Assembly: GCF_006345805.1 (NCBI RefSeq)
Contig: NC_043000.1
Span: 106,020,001-106,084,000 of the forward strand
Source of the DNA: Octopus sinensis
Lineage: Eukaryota
Length of the DNA stretch: 64,000 nt
Direction: 5' to 3'
A program made the position numbers and the translations under genes. Below are positions 24,169 through 35,971 of this stretch, one piece after another. The notes under the pieces were generated by a model. The model had not been told where the DNA came from and did no database searches. It saw nothing but the letters and a program-made list of their open reading frames with translations. Positions within the stretch are counted from its first letter, which is position 1. Every line of letters starts with the position of its first letter.

Positions 24169-25269
24169 TATATATATATAGATAGATAAATAGATAGAAG
24201 TCATTCATTATGCACATATCTCATATATTGTTCTCAGGCTTTGCAGTAGCTTTTGTGACCTGTTTTTAACATGAATGTTTTCATTTTCTAAGGGCATTCA
24301 ATTTGATTGTAATTAAAACAGCATTAGATCAAAATAGCCATCTGTGTATCATACTAAATGTATATACACTATAGAATGATTTACTGCCATGGTTTTTGTT
24401 TGTTCACTAAGTTTCTTTTTCCATCCCAGCTGCAGTATCAGTGAATGTGTTATTTACTATATCTTATATATTGAAGTACAAATATCATTCAGGCATATGA
24501 CAAATGAATACACATTATGGACAAGCCTCAAGAATGGTGAAGCACATCTAACATTCCCGTGAATCACTGTTACAACAATGTTCATTTCACTTTGATATAT
24601 ATTGTGTTTTTACCAGTATGTCTATGAAGAGATTTTCTCTCAAACAAAACTACAAGAGCAAGCCTTTCTATGCTGTATATACATTTAGTATGATACACAG
24701 ATACCACAGAGACCATTATTTCTCTATGAACTTTGTTGCTTTGGTTAGGCACAAGGAAGACAAATATTGGTTTGACTAGGATATAGGACAATTTCAGAAA
24801 GGAAGGTATACTTCTATATAATTACTTCCATTAACTTTATTGTTCCTAAACAGATGAAAAGCAAAGTGAATTGAAATGTGAAGATCAAACATATTAAAAA
24901 AAATAAACACGATGATTCAGTGAAGGAGATTCTTTGGGGTTGCTATCTGTGAGAGAAACAATAGTCAAATCTACCTTAAATTACACTCTACCTTTTTGAA
25001 AAGGAAGGGAAATGTAGTCCTAGATATGCAGCACCTGAGAAAAGGATGAGATGGTTATAGCTAGAATGTCTTGGATTGTAGATCTGCCCAGTCAGGGCTG
25101 GCTAGGTGTTACAACGACAACAGCTACAACTACAACAACAACAACAAAACACTATGAGAGATAGTATCATGCACTGTTATTTGTGTTATCTAAAGACCCT
25201 ACATCAAGAATCAATACTAATTTGTTTCATGTGACAAGTCAGTAGATTAATTAGCCAGCCAGCTAAAAT

Positions 25270-25440
25270 GTAGGTGGCATGGCTATATGGTAATGATGTT
25301 TGTTTTACACCAATATGGTGACTGGTTCAATCCCTAAGTCTCGTGCCTTGAGCCAGTGTCTGTTAACATAGCTTCGATTGACCAAAGCCTTGAATGGAAT
25401 TTGGTAGCTGGAAACTGTATGATAGCTACTTAGACTATTC
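25270..25440 (+). mobile_element. degenerate SINE, family B
   Basis: ggcatggctatatggtaa...ggttcaatccc...gccttgagccagtgtc...gaccaaagccttgaatggaatttggtag. Confidence 0.6.
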
Positions 25441-26739
25441 GTGTTCTTTGGTGGTAGACTTAATCCATTGCCTAGTTTAATACAGTCACCTGACCAGTAA
25501 ACAGAATCCACGACTCTGTTACAAGTATATGAGCCAGGTCTCTGGTTTGAGGATAACACTCTCCCTTCCTCCCTCCAGTCTCAGAAATCCAAGTAAAGAT
25601 CATGGGTGTTTTTCTTCTTCCTCTGATTAAGTCAGGAAGGAAACAGTGCCTTCTACCACAGTTACAACTAGAATTTGGTAGACAGAAACAGTGTGGAAGC
25701 CTGTCATAGAAAATTTTAGTTAAGAGCAAGCCACTGTACCTCATATTCATTTACTTGGAGAAGATTTTTCCCAGTGTCTCATGATTTGGGAGTTGTTAAG
25801 AGAATGGGTTGTAGATTAATGGTTTGTAAGAGCTATACATGTCATTTACATGGGTGTTGTCAATAAGGCAAGCATTACCAACAAGTTCTGTAAGGAATTT
25901 AAAATGCAGATATATTGTATATCAGGGTTTGATTTTCAACCCCTTTTTCTTTATTGTAGTTCCCCAGAGGTATTCAAGACTAGCTATCCATGAGAACTGC
26001 TGTATGGTAACAACTTAGTTCTTGTTGCTAATTGGTCGAAATATGAGAGGTAAAGTTGCAAACACGGAAGCAGAGCTGAGACTCAAGAGGCCTAAAAGTT
26101 AACATTGTAAAGGTCTCAGCAAGTAAAATGTAGAACTGTATTGAGTCAGCAGATGAGACTCAGAAATGCTCAATATAGAAAACATGTTGTAGTGCTCAAA
26201 TGATTTGAATTAAACTCCAATGTAATCACCATCTCCATATCAGATGATAAAACTCCAGCATGGTCACAGTCCATGAAATCGGTGAAAGTAAAAAAAAAAA
26301 AAAAAGAATTACAATTTTCTATTTCTCACTCTTAAAATCTTGAGGTTTTCTGAGATTTCTACTTAAAGAAATCTGATTGTAGATACCACCCTTTTGTTAA
26401 TGCTGTCCTTGAGAAGACATAGTCATCATACAAAACTTTTATAAATCTTTGGTCTTGTGCTTATGTTGTCATTCAAAACTTCTATAAATCTTTGGTCTTG
26501 TGCTTATGTCAATAATTATTTGGAAGTGTTAAATGAATTTATAAAAAATTTCATAAGGCCTGGTGGTTATTGCCCATCTACAACATAAGTATCTGAGTTC
26601 TCACTCATATATACACAACCACCATTTTATCTCCCAAACAATCACCACAATTATGCTCTGATAAACATACTTCCATGGCTACTAGTACACTTACAGAGCC
26701 ACTAGTACACCTACACTACAGTTAGCAGAATGTGACAAT

Positions 26740-26787
<48 letters not shown>

Positions 26788-27269
26788 CTGCCACTGCACC
26801 AGCACAGTATTACATTTCCACAGTCATCATGATACCTATCTTCACCTCTAAAGGCTTCATACAACATACATATCACTGTCGCTACTATACCTGTTTAGCC
26901 ATCATTACTATATCTGTCATTCTTTTATAGCTAGACCACTTGTATAAACAGTGGAGGCACATGGCGTGGTGGTTAGGGTGTTGGACTCATAATTAAAAGA
27001 TTGTGGTTTCAATTCCTGGACCAGGTGATGTGTTGTGTTCTTGTGCAAAACACTTCATTTCACATTGTTTCAGTTCACTCAGATGGTAAAAGTGAGTAAT
27101 CTTGCAATGGACCAGTATCCCATCCACAGAGGAATACATACGCTAGAGAAACTGTGAAACCAGCACTATGCTCCTTACGGAGTGATGTGGACTAAACACC
27201 CTACTTAATGTGATACTTCTATGGGCAATTTAGCCATCACAACTTAGCTATCACATTTACTACTGCTTT

Positions 27270-27631
27270 GAATGGGCCTCATGGAGGCGAGGTGGCTGTG
27301 TTCCTTTTGAGCATTGGGCCACATGGAGGCAAAGTGGCTGAATTCCTTTTGAGTGTTAGGCCTCACGGAGGAAATGACCTTTGGCATTATGTTGTACTTG
27401 AGAAAAAGACCCATTAAGCAGAGCAAAATCACAGTCATGGTAGATACCACAAATGGCATCTGTACCAGTGGTGTATAAAAGCACCCATTATGCTCTTGGA
27501 GTGGTTGGTGTTAGGAAGGGCATCCAGCCATAGAAAACCATGCCAAATCAGACTGGATCCTGGCACAGCCTTCCAGCATGCCAGCCCAGTCAAACTGTCC
27601 AGCCTATGCTAGCATGGACAACGGACATTAA

Positions 27632-27670
<39 letters not shown>

Positions 27671-27672
27671 TA
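27270..27672 (+). mobile_element. SINE-like family A copy with (GAT)n tail, 60 bp from the exon 2 donor
   Basis: ...gttaggaagggcatccagcc...ctatgctagcatggacaacggacattaaat(gat)n. Confidence 0.75.
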
Positions 27673-27732
27673 GCTCTGAGTAAAGCTACATGGTCAAATA
27701 TATGAACAGAAGTATTTTAGAAGTTAACTTAC

Positions 27733-29249
27733 AGTGCATTTGTTTGGTTTCTCTCCTGAATGTACCCTCATGTGTATCAAAAGTTTGTATCTAGCATTAA
27801 AAGGTTTCAATCTGCGTTGGCAACCCTGCCAGAAACATGTAAAGTCTTCAGCTTTCCTCTGATCGATGTGCACTTTTTCAATGTGTCGCACAAGTTCATC
27901 TTGCTCAGTGAACAATAAATTGCAATCTATCCACTTGCAAATTTGTTTTTTTTCTCCATCTTCAAAATGTTCTGCTTTTACAGTCAAGTTTGATGAAAGT
28001 TGAAGGCCTGCAGATGTCAATGGAAGCCCAATTTGTTGCTTGAGTTTTTGTTCATGTAGGGCTTGTGCATAAGATGGAGGTGGACGTGTGGGGATTGTCC
28101 CTGTGTCATTGGTACTTACAGAGGTTGGGTTATCAGCAGGGGGCTTACTGTTTGGATTGTTGTTGATGTTTGTTGTCATGTTGTTGTTATGATTGTTGAT
28201 CTGCTCATTGAAGTTGCTGCTTGAGAAAGGGACTGAGAACTGCTCAGTGTCCAATGTGGCCATGCGCTGATTGCTATACATCTGTTCTACATAAGCGACT
28301 TGGTCTTGAGGAATAACCAGTTGGTTCCTCATGAAAAGATCTTTATTGTCACTTGAGAGAGGTAACAGATAATTCTCTAGGCTGTTTAAACCGAGGTTTG
28401 AATCAATTTCCTTTTTTATCCCATAAGATATTCCTTGTGGGGTATAGCTGAAGTTACGACTACCAGATGAGCCTGACCCTGAGTTGGGTGTTCCACAGCT
28501 CCGAGCTGATAAATGCCCAATGTGCTGAGGGGAAAAACTTGCTGATGAGATCCGTGATCCATTGAGGCAGGCTACCAGTGAAGTAGGTGATGTTCTGATT
28601 AGAGTTGTAAGTTCAACCCCATCTATTGATAAAGGTGAGGTTGTCTTTCCAGAGAGACGAGAGCTCATATTGGCAGAGTGTCTTGGACTGTTATTAAATG
28701 AGAAAGGTGTTGGAGAATTCTCCACAAAGTAAGGAGACAAGGATTTTGAGCTTTCACATGGCATTTGTTGATTGTCACTACCTGTTAATAAGTTGGCAGT
28801 GAAAGGAAGTTCATTTGCATTCTGAGAACTGGAGTTAGCTGACTGTGATTCTATTTTGTTGTTGTTATTATTGCTATTGTTGTCATTGTTGTTGTTGGTG
28901 TTGCTGCTTAGGTTATTGTCAACTTGAAATAGAGAGGATTCTAAAAAGTTATGTTTATCTACAATACTATTGTTGTTTATAATACTTTGGGTTGTGAGTC
29001 CTATTGATCGGTCACCAATTCCATAATATTGGGATGAAGACTGTGAGAGCATATTATCTCTTGGTGTTGATCGAATGCTTGAGTTTTCACTTAGAGTTGG
29101 TGTGTGATTCTGAAAAACAGGCCCTGATGGCAAACTACTTGAATTTAGGCTTTTGTTGAGAGGTTCTAATCGTACAGCATTAAAACTGATGTTTGGATTG
29201 CTTTGTCGAACATTCAAACTTATACATTGAGGCCCATAGAAAGCTCCAT
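27733..29249 (-). CDS. GLIS3: GLIS3-like coding exon 2 (1517 nt; Gli/Ci-like N-terminal conserved region, PPxY, zinc fingers 1-2)
   Basis: Acceptor ttttccag, phase 1; donor ACT|gtaagt. Contains SPLSIDGVELTTLIRTSPTSLVACLNGSR and CKWIDC...ELVRHIEKVHIDQRKAEDFTCFWQGC...PFNARYKLLIHMRVHSGEKPNKCT, diagnostic of GLIS1/3 rather than GLI or ZIC. The track's 'M' at 29217 is an internal TTG. Confidence 0.97.
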
Positions 29250-29436
29250 CTGGAAAATATTAAACAAAATGGTAAAATATATGGAAGGCTGACATTTAAG
29301 AAAATGCAACGCAAAATTTCAGTAATTGATGACTAGATAAAGATTTGGTCATGCTTTTATTATTTAAAGTCTAATATATTCGTTTGCATATTATTGGAAC
29401 ATCATGTCTATTATATTTTCTAATTATATAAATGTA

Positions 29437-30290
29437 CCAGTGCGTCCTCAGGCTATGTATATTATTATTATGTATGGGTAAAAGTTAAAAATTGTATTAA
29501 AAATAAAAATTGCAAATATATTTAAAAATATTAAATACCCAATGTACAATTAAGATATATATTAAATACCTAAAGTACAATTAACATATATATTAAACAA
29601 TATTACCTTTAAATGAATAATCAGGCCACATTTATGTAACATAAATCTCAAAATCTACAACACTTTAAAACTCCCTTTATAGCTACCTTTACAATTATAG
29701 CCCCATTTCTAGTTATTATCTCCCTTTGACTTCAACCTCTCTTGTAATATTATTATTTTTAGAGTATTTTTCAGAGTATTTTATTCTTTTATATTATACC
29801 CAATTCCCATAATACTGACAGTGGGAGCAGCCATTTGCTCTTGAACTTGCAGGATTAAACCTTATATCTCAAAGTTATCTACCTTTCTTTACTTCTTTAT
29901 TCACTAAGTTTCTAACATAAGTAGTTGTATTTACTAATTAATCTTTATTCTAGATTATTAACTCACATTTGACATAAAATATGTTTTATTATACTAGTAT
30001 TGACAGGGGTATATTTCACTCTAAATTATCACAAGTAATATAATTTCTATAATATTTATTTAGATATATTATAAGATTTAATATGTTTCTAATTTAATCA
30101 TTAAAATTTCCTTAGGTAGAGTATTTTCAATATATATCTTAATTGTACTTTAGGTATTTAATATTTTAAAATATATTCGTAATTTTTATTTTTAATATAA
30201 TTTTAAACTTTTACCCGTACATAATAATAATATACACTGGTGGATTTATGTATTAAGTATAGCCTTAATACACACCCCACCAGTGCAGAA
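29437..30290. mobile_element. element with ~110-bp inverted arms (29458-29570 / 30128-30237) plus terminal hairpin
   Basis: gtatattattattatgtatgggtaaaagttaaaaattg... is the reverse complement of ...ttttaaacttttacccgtacataataataatatac. Hairpin cactggtgg..tgtattaag/cttaataca..ccaccagtg at 30235-30285. Confidence 0.7.
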
Positions 30291-30503
30291 ACATGTGTAG
30301 CAATTACTTGTACTACCTTCTTTCCCCACAAATTAATAACAGGTAAGATATATTTATTTAAATAATTTCATTTTATGTTATCTTAATTATTTTATTTGAT
30401 TTAATTTCTCTGCATATACCATACCATGAAGTAATCCTGAAATAGGAGTTGCTTATATATTGATAAATATCCTAAATTTGTAATAATTATATATTCATAT
30501 ATA

Positions 30504-30567
<64 letters not shown>

Positions 30568-30954
30568 TTGACAATATCATATATGTAAGGCTGTTGTAAA
30601 ATAGGTAGTCCAGTCCTGAAAATCAGCCCATATTAATGTAAAAATTTATATGTTAAAAGTTCACTTGATGATAAGAACAAATTATGAAGTTGAGGTTTAA
30701 GAGGTTGATAAGTACTTGAACTCATGTTATTGCAATCTCAGGGTCACACACAACATAACATAGTAGCAAGAAATCACAGCTCTCCTAAGCCTGTAAATGA
30801 TTCCTTATTCAATGGAAGTTTTGCTAGGCTTATATATGCATGTAACTACTGGCAACATAATGATCAACCAACAACAAATTCTCACAAATCACCTTAACAT
30901 ATTTTGTAGTGTGTATGCGTGATATTAAAGAGATCTATGGTGTGATTGTTATTT

Positions 30955-31315
30955 CTTTTTTACTTGTTTTGATTCACTGGACTGCAGCTATGCAGGTACG
31001 GCCTTGAAAAGTATAGTCAAACAAATCAACTCTAGTACATTTTTTTAAAGCCTGGAACTTATTCTATCAGTCTCTTTTTGTCAAACTGCTAAGTTATGGA
31101 GATGTAAACAAACTGACACCAGTTGTCAAGCAGTGGTGTGAGACTAACACAAAGATACACACACATGATGGGTTTTGTGTTCAGTTCCTGTCTATCAAAT
31201 TTGGTTAGCCTGGGGCTGTAGTAGAAGACACTTGTCCAAGGTGCCATACAGTGGGACTGAACCTGGAACCATGTTGTTGGGAAGTAAATTTCTTGTCACA
31301 CAGCCATACCAGTGC
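30955..31315 (-). mobile_element. SINE, family B
   Basis: Aligns with 33726-34099 (cttattctatcagtctc, ctgctaagttatggagatgtaaac, gtagaagacacttgtccaaggtgcc). Confidence 0.75.
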
Positions 31316-31732
31316 CTGATTGCTCTCTGTGTTGTCAATAGTAACATGCACATATCATAAACCCAGCAAGATTCAACTATAACCAATCCAGAATCTTCTG
31401 GACAAAATCAAAGGTAGCAGCCTAAACTGGAAATTAGATAAAGAGAAGAAAAGGAATGTTGTTAATGTTTAGCCCTCGGCCAGCATTGACCAAGTAGATT
31501 TATGATTAAAGATATTCCAGTTGTGACTATCTCATCTATTTTACTTTTTTTTTCAACATTGTATTTCTAGGGACACATTATTCATTGTGTCCTTCATTTT
31601 AAAGATAGTGTTATGTGATTTATGGGAATTTGACTGTTGTTTCTAGCATGACTAGAGACCACATCAAGGTTTCCTTGTTGGCTTGGAAGTTTCTGATAGA
31701 TGAAAACAGGAAGAACTTAGAAGGATACTTAC

Positions 31733-32072
31733 TGTTTTTATTAAGTCGGGAGCAAGAATTTGATTGTAAGGAGCCGGATACAATATAAGAAATGTTTTTA
31801 GTTTGCTGTGCAGTACAGGGTATATTTTGCACTGGATCTCTAGGAGTGTTGATCAATTTACTGCAGTTGGGATTCCTGCGAGATGTTTTCAGTGGTGGCA
31901 ACTGCACTGATTTATCACTGGGTTGTAGGACTGGTGGTGTCTGACTGCAATTTGTTGGCAGTGGGGTCTCCGACTGAATCCGGAGAGCAGGGATGTGCAT
32001 ATTTACTCGAGTATTTGACTCTCCTTTAGAAGAAGGGATTCCACCTTGGTTATACAAGTTCGGTCCACTCAT
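31733..32072 (-). CDS. GLIS3: GLIS3-like first identified coding exon
   Basis: Acceptor tttatcttgcag at 32078-32077, then AAAA ATG (32072); donor AAC A|GTAAGT, phase 1, splices in frame to exon 2 (..RLNKN-N-GAFYGPQ..). Pro/Ser/Gln-rich. The start codon is inferred; upstream coding exons cannot be excluded. Confidence 0.75.
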
Positions 32073-33081
32073 TTTTCTGCAAGATAAATTAAAACTGAAT
32101 GAATAAAGGAAACAGTATTATTGTTGGAAACTATCATTATGACAAATATTATTCAGTGCATTCATATTTTTGATGTCTTATCCTTAGCTCACAGACCTAT
32201 CATTTCTTCTCTCTGCATCTTTTACCCCTGTTATAGTAACCACTGTTCCTCTGAACATGCAAACTGAATACTCAATTTTTCAATTGGTCCATCTGACAGA
32301 CCAGTCCCTCCTCCACCTGGCCTCATCAGCTAGATTCTGTACTAAATACTTCAATTATCCTTCCACATGGAACATAAAGATGTTCAAAGTGAACATCAAT
32401 CTACATTAATTCAACTGGTAGTGTAAGGTCTGGAAAGATCAACTAGCTCATAAAGAGGAATAAAAATTTCCTTTGTATACCCTACAAAAATGATAACCAT
32501 GTATATCTAATGAGTAAGAAAATAAACATTTCATATAATTCATCTGGTAGTGTAATGTCATTTATGGAATTAATAAAATTAATCCAGTACTTGACTAGTA
32601 CTTGATTTTAGTGAGCCAAAGCAAAGTTGAGCTCAGCAAGGTTTGAACTTGGAATGCAAAGGTCCATAACTTGATACTGCAGGTCATTTTATCTGATACT
32701 CTAATGATTCTGGTAAACTAGCACTACTGCCAAGGGATTTAGGATGGAGGTGGTGAAAAGTCTAATTTAAGGATAAAACACGTTCAGTAGCGTTATCTCT
32801 CTTGTTAATAGTAAATGACAAATAACCGAACTTGTTTCTGTCTTCCATATCAAATTAAAAATTTCCATTATTAATTATGTTGGCAAACATATGACATCTA
32901 TGTCAGTAGTGATGTTCCATGCATTTTTAGGTGACATGCAATAGACTTAACAAAAAATAAAAAGAATCTTCTGGCAAAATCATGATATAGATAACCTATC
33001 AATGAGTATTTACCTAAAACTAAATACATATGTGTGTATGTGTGTGTGTGTGTAAGTATATGTATGTATATATATATACAT

Positions 33082-33124
<43 letters not shown>

Positions 33125-33307
33125 AGTACACACGTATTTATGTATATATGTGTATATATATATATATGTATGTATACATATGTATGTGTATATATGTGTA
33201 TGTATATATATATATGTATATAAAAATATATAATATATATGTGTGTGTGTGTATGTATATATGTATGTGTATATATATATACGTATATATATACGTATAT
33301 ATATATA

Positions 33308-33377
<70 letters not shown>

Positions 33378-33725
33378 TATATATACATACATATATATAT
33401 ATGTTTTTGTTGAGAATGTGTGCTCCTTTATTATTTTTTATATGTTTGTATCCATCCCTTACACATGCACCCTTATGTATGTGTGTGTGGGAATGTGTGA
33501 GTGTGTGTCATATGTGGTGTATGTGTTGTGTATATATGAATGCACCTGAATTAATTAATATTGTCTTTGTTTCTTATCTTTTTTCTGTTGAACACACCAG
33601 CCTACCCTGTCTTTGATCGCTGTCTCTCTCTGAATAAAATTCTTTGATTATGTCTCTGCTTTCACTCTCAGACATAGTCTTGTTCATCAGCTTTAAGCTT
33701 CTGGTAAATAATATATATATATATA

Positions 33726-34099
33726 TACTCTTTACTCTTTTACTCTTTTACTTGTTTCAGCCATGTGACTGTGGCCATGCTGGATGACTTATTCTTTGTA
33801 AGCCTAGTACTTATTCTATCGGTCTCTTTTGCCGAACTGCTAAGTTACAGGGATGTAAACACACCAGCATCAGTTGTCAAGCGATGTTGGGGGGACAAAC
33901 ACAGACACACAAACATATACACACACATATATATATATACGATGGGCTTCTTTTAGTTTCTATCTACTAAATCCACTCACAATGCTTTGGTTGGCCTAAG
34001 GCTATTGTAGAAGACACTTGCCTAAGATGCCACACAGTGGGACTGAACCCGGAACCATATGGTTCGTAAGCAAGCTACTTATCACCCACCCACTCCTAC
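33726..34099 (-). mobile_element. near full-length SINE, family B
   Basis: (tactcttt)n tail...ccgaactgctaagttacagggatgtaaac...gtgggactgaacccggaaccat. Further copies at 38280-38430 and 46835-47050. Confidence 0.8.
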
Positions 34100-34373
34100 T
34101 GATGAGAATGATAATGCATAAATTAAATTTTAAATTTTATTTTTATTTTTATTCTTGATTTTAATCTTTAAATTATTTTCAATTATAATTATAATCACTA
34201 TGATTTAAAATTTTTTCTTACATTTTTGCACTGTTTTTCGAAAAATACATATGCATTGAATCCAATTTTATAATATATCTACTTCTGTTTCAACATCTTC
34301 TCTCCATATTTTTATACTTGTTTATGGTATATTCTTATACCTATAATGAATCTCAAATATATATATATATATT

Positions 34374-34581
34374 GCGGAGGCGCAATGGCCTAGTGGTTAG
34401 GGCAGCGGACTTGCGGTCGCAGGATCGCGGTTTCGATTCTCAGACCGGGCGTTGTGTGTGTTTATTGAGCGAAAACACCTAAATCTCTACAAGGCTCTGG
34501 CAGGGGGTGGTGATCCCTGCTGTACTCTTTCACCACAATGGCGGTGCCCCAGCATGGCCACAGCTCAAGAGCTGAAACTGG

Positions 34582-34594
<13 letters not shown>
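34374..34594 (+). mobile_element. young CpG-rich tRNA-derived SINE with poly(A) tail
   Basis: A box tggcctagtgg, B box ggtttcgattc, body ...ggcggtgccccagcatggccacagctc...gaaactgg(a)n. Confidence 0.8.
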
Positions 34595-34612
<18 letters not shown>

Positions 34613-34620
34613 TATACTCA

Positions 34621-35488
34621 TTGGGTTAACCCATAAATAATGTGTTTTTTTTCAATTGCATGAACTAAAAGTCGGAGGGGGAAGGGATAAACTACCTGTA
34701 TCAACTTGCTATAAAAGCAGGTAGTAATTTTACCTAGTACTTATTCGTAGTGCAAATTTTGAAGAGTGCAGTTCTATTTTAACAGTTAAAGCTATAATGG
34801 AAATGACAAAAGAGCATATTCGGCATATTTTGCTTTATGAGCAGCAACACATGGGAAAGTTAAAGGAATATTAATGCAGTATATAGAGATCGGACAATAA
34901 GCGTAAGCCAGTGTCAACAGTAGCTCCTAAAATTCTGAGCCTCATCCTGGAAGATCTGTAGCTCAATGAGGATGTCCTGTAAACCCTGGTGGAACACAAT
35001 CTCATCATAACTGTTGAGGAACTAGCAGAGAAGCTTGGATTTGGTCATTCAACCAGTCATTCAAATCAGCACTAGAAGAAAAATGACCATTTTTGGCTTT
35101 AAAACAAAAGGTGTTCTTCCATCAGGATAATGCTTGACCACATACAGCAAAGATGACATTTCAAAGACTGGAGCATGTTGAATGGTAAATGATGTTCCAC
35201 CCACCATATCTGCCAGACGTTGTCCCATCTGATTATCATTTATTCTGTAGTCTTCAAAATCATTAAAAAAAATGAATTCTGTAGACAAGGTCAGAACAGT
35301 ACTGGAGGAGTATTTTTCATCATAGACAAGCGAATTTTGGAAGAAGGGCCTTGCAAGTCTACCAGATAGATAGAAAAGTGTTGTAGAAAATGAAGGAGAG
35401 TATATTTTAGATTAAAATAGAACTTTGTTTATCTTAATTTTGAAAAATAAATGAAGAATAAAAAAACACATTATTTAAGGGATTACAC
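34621..35488 (+). mobile_element. internally deleted mariner transposon
   Basis: TIRs gggttaacccataaataatgtgttttttt / aaaaaaacacattatttaagggattacac. Fragments MTKEHIRHILLYE, EELAEKLGFGHST, FHQDNA*PH, HPPYLPDVVPSDYHLF, GLASLPDR*KSVVENEGEY. Confidence 0.92.
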
Positions 35489-35924
35489 ACGCACACACTC
35501 ACACATGTCAGAGTCACTAGCCCCTATTCATACACACACATTCAAACATGCCATTCTCACACTCATACACACATACTTTTTTGGGGGATTCCCAGCACTT
35601 TATTATCTCCCATTCTTTCAACCTATTTTTGTATTACTATCTCCCTTCCTTTCAAACTTTTTTCTTATTATTCATTATGCTGGACTGCTGAAATCTACAC
35701 ATTTTTTTCATTCTCAAACTGTTTATTTTCTCTTATTCTTTTCTGTTGAAGAGTGTAGGCTCGAAACTTAAAAGTCTTTTAAATTTTCTTTAGCATCAAA
35801 CTACTACACTTGCCTGTTGTTCATACACCTGTCTTTGTCTTTTGTTTTTCTATAAATTTCAACTATATACATACATACATGTATGTATATATATATATAA
35901 TATATATATATATATAATATATAT

Positions 35925-35971
<47 letters not shown>

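Noticed and set aside
24582-24791. ORF containing HRHTGK, resembling a C2H2 linker
   Set aside because: No Cys/His finger spacing; the true ZF3-4 exon is at 21653-21814.
27724-29217. 497-aa single-exon gene as given in the ORF track
   Set aside because: Starts at an internal TTG and runs past the donor at 27733; it is exon 2 of the spliced gene.
34374-34450. tRNA gene
   Set aside because: A/B boxes are present but the T-stem and acceptor stem do not pair, and it continues into a SINE body with a poly(A) tail.
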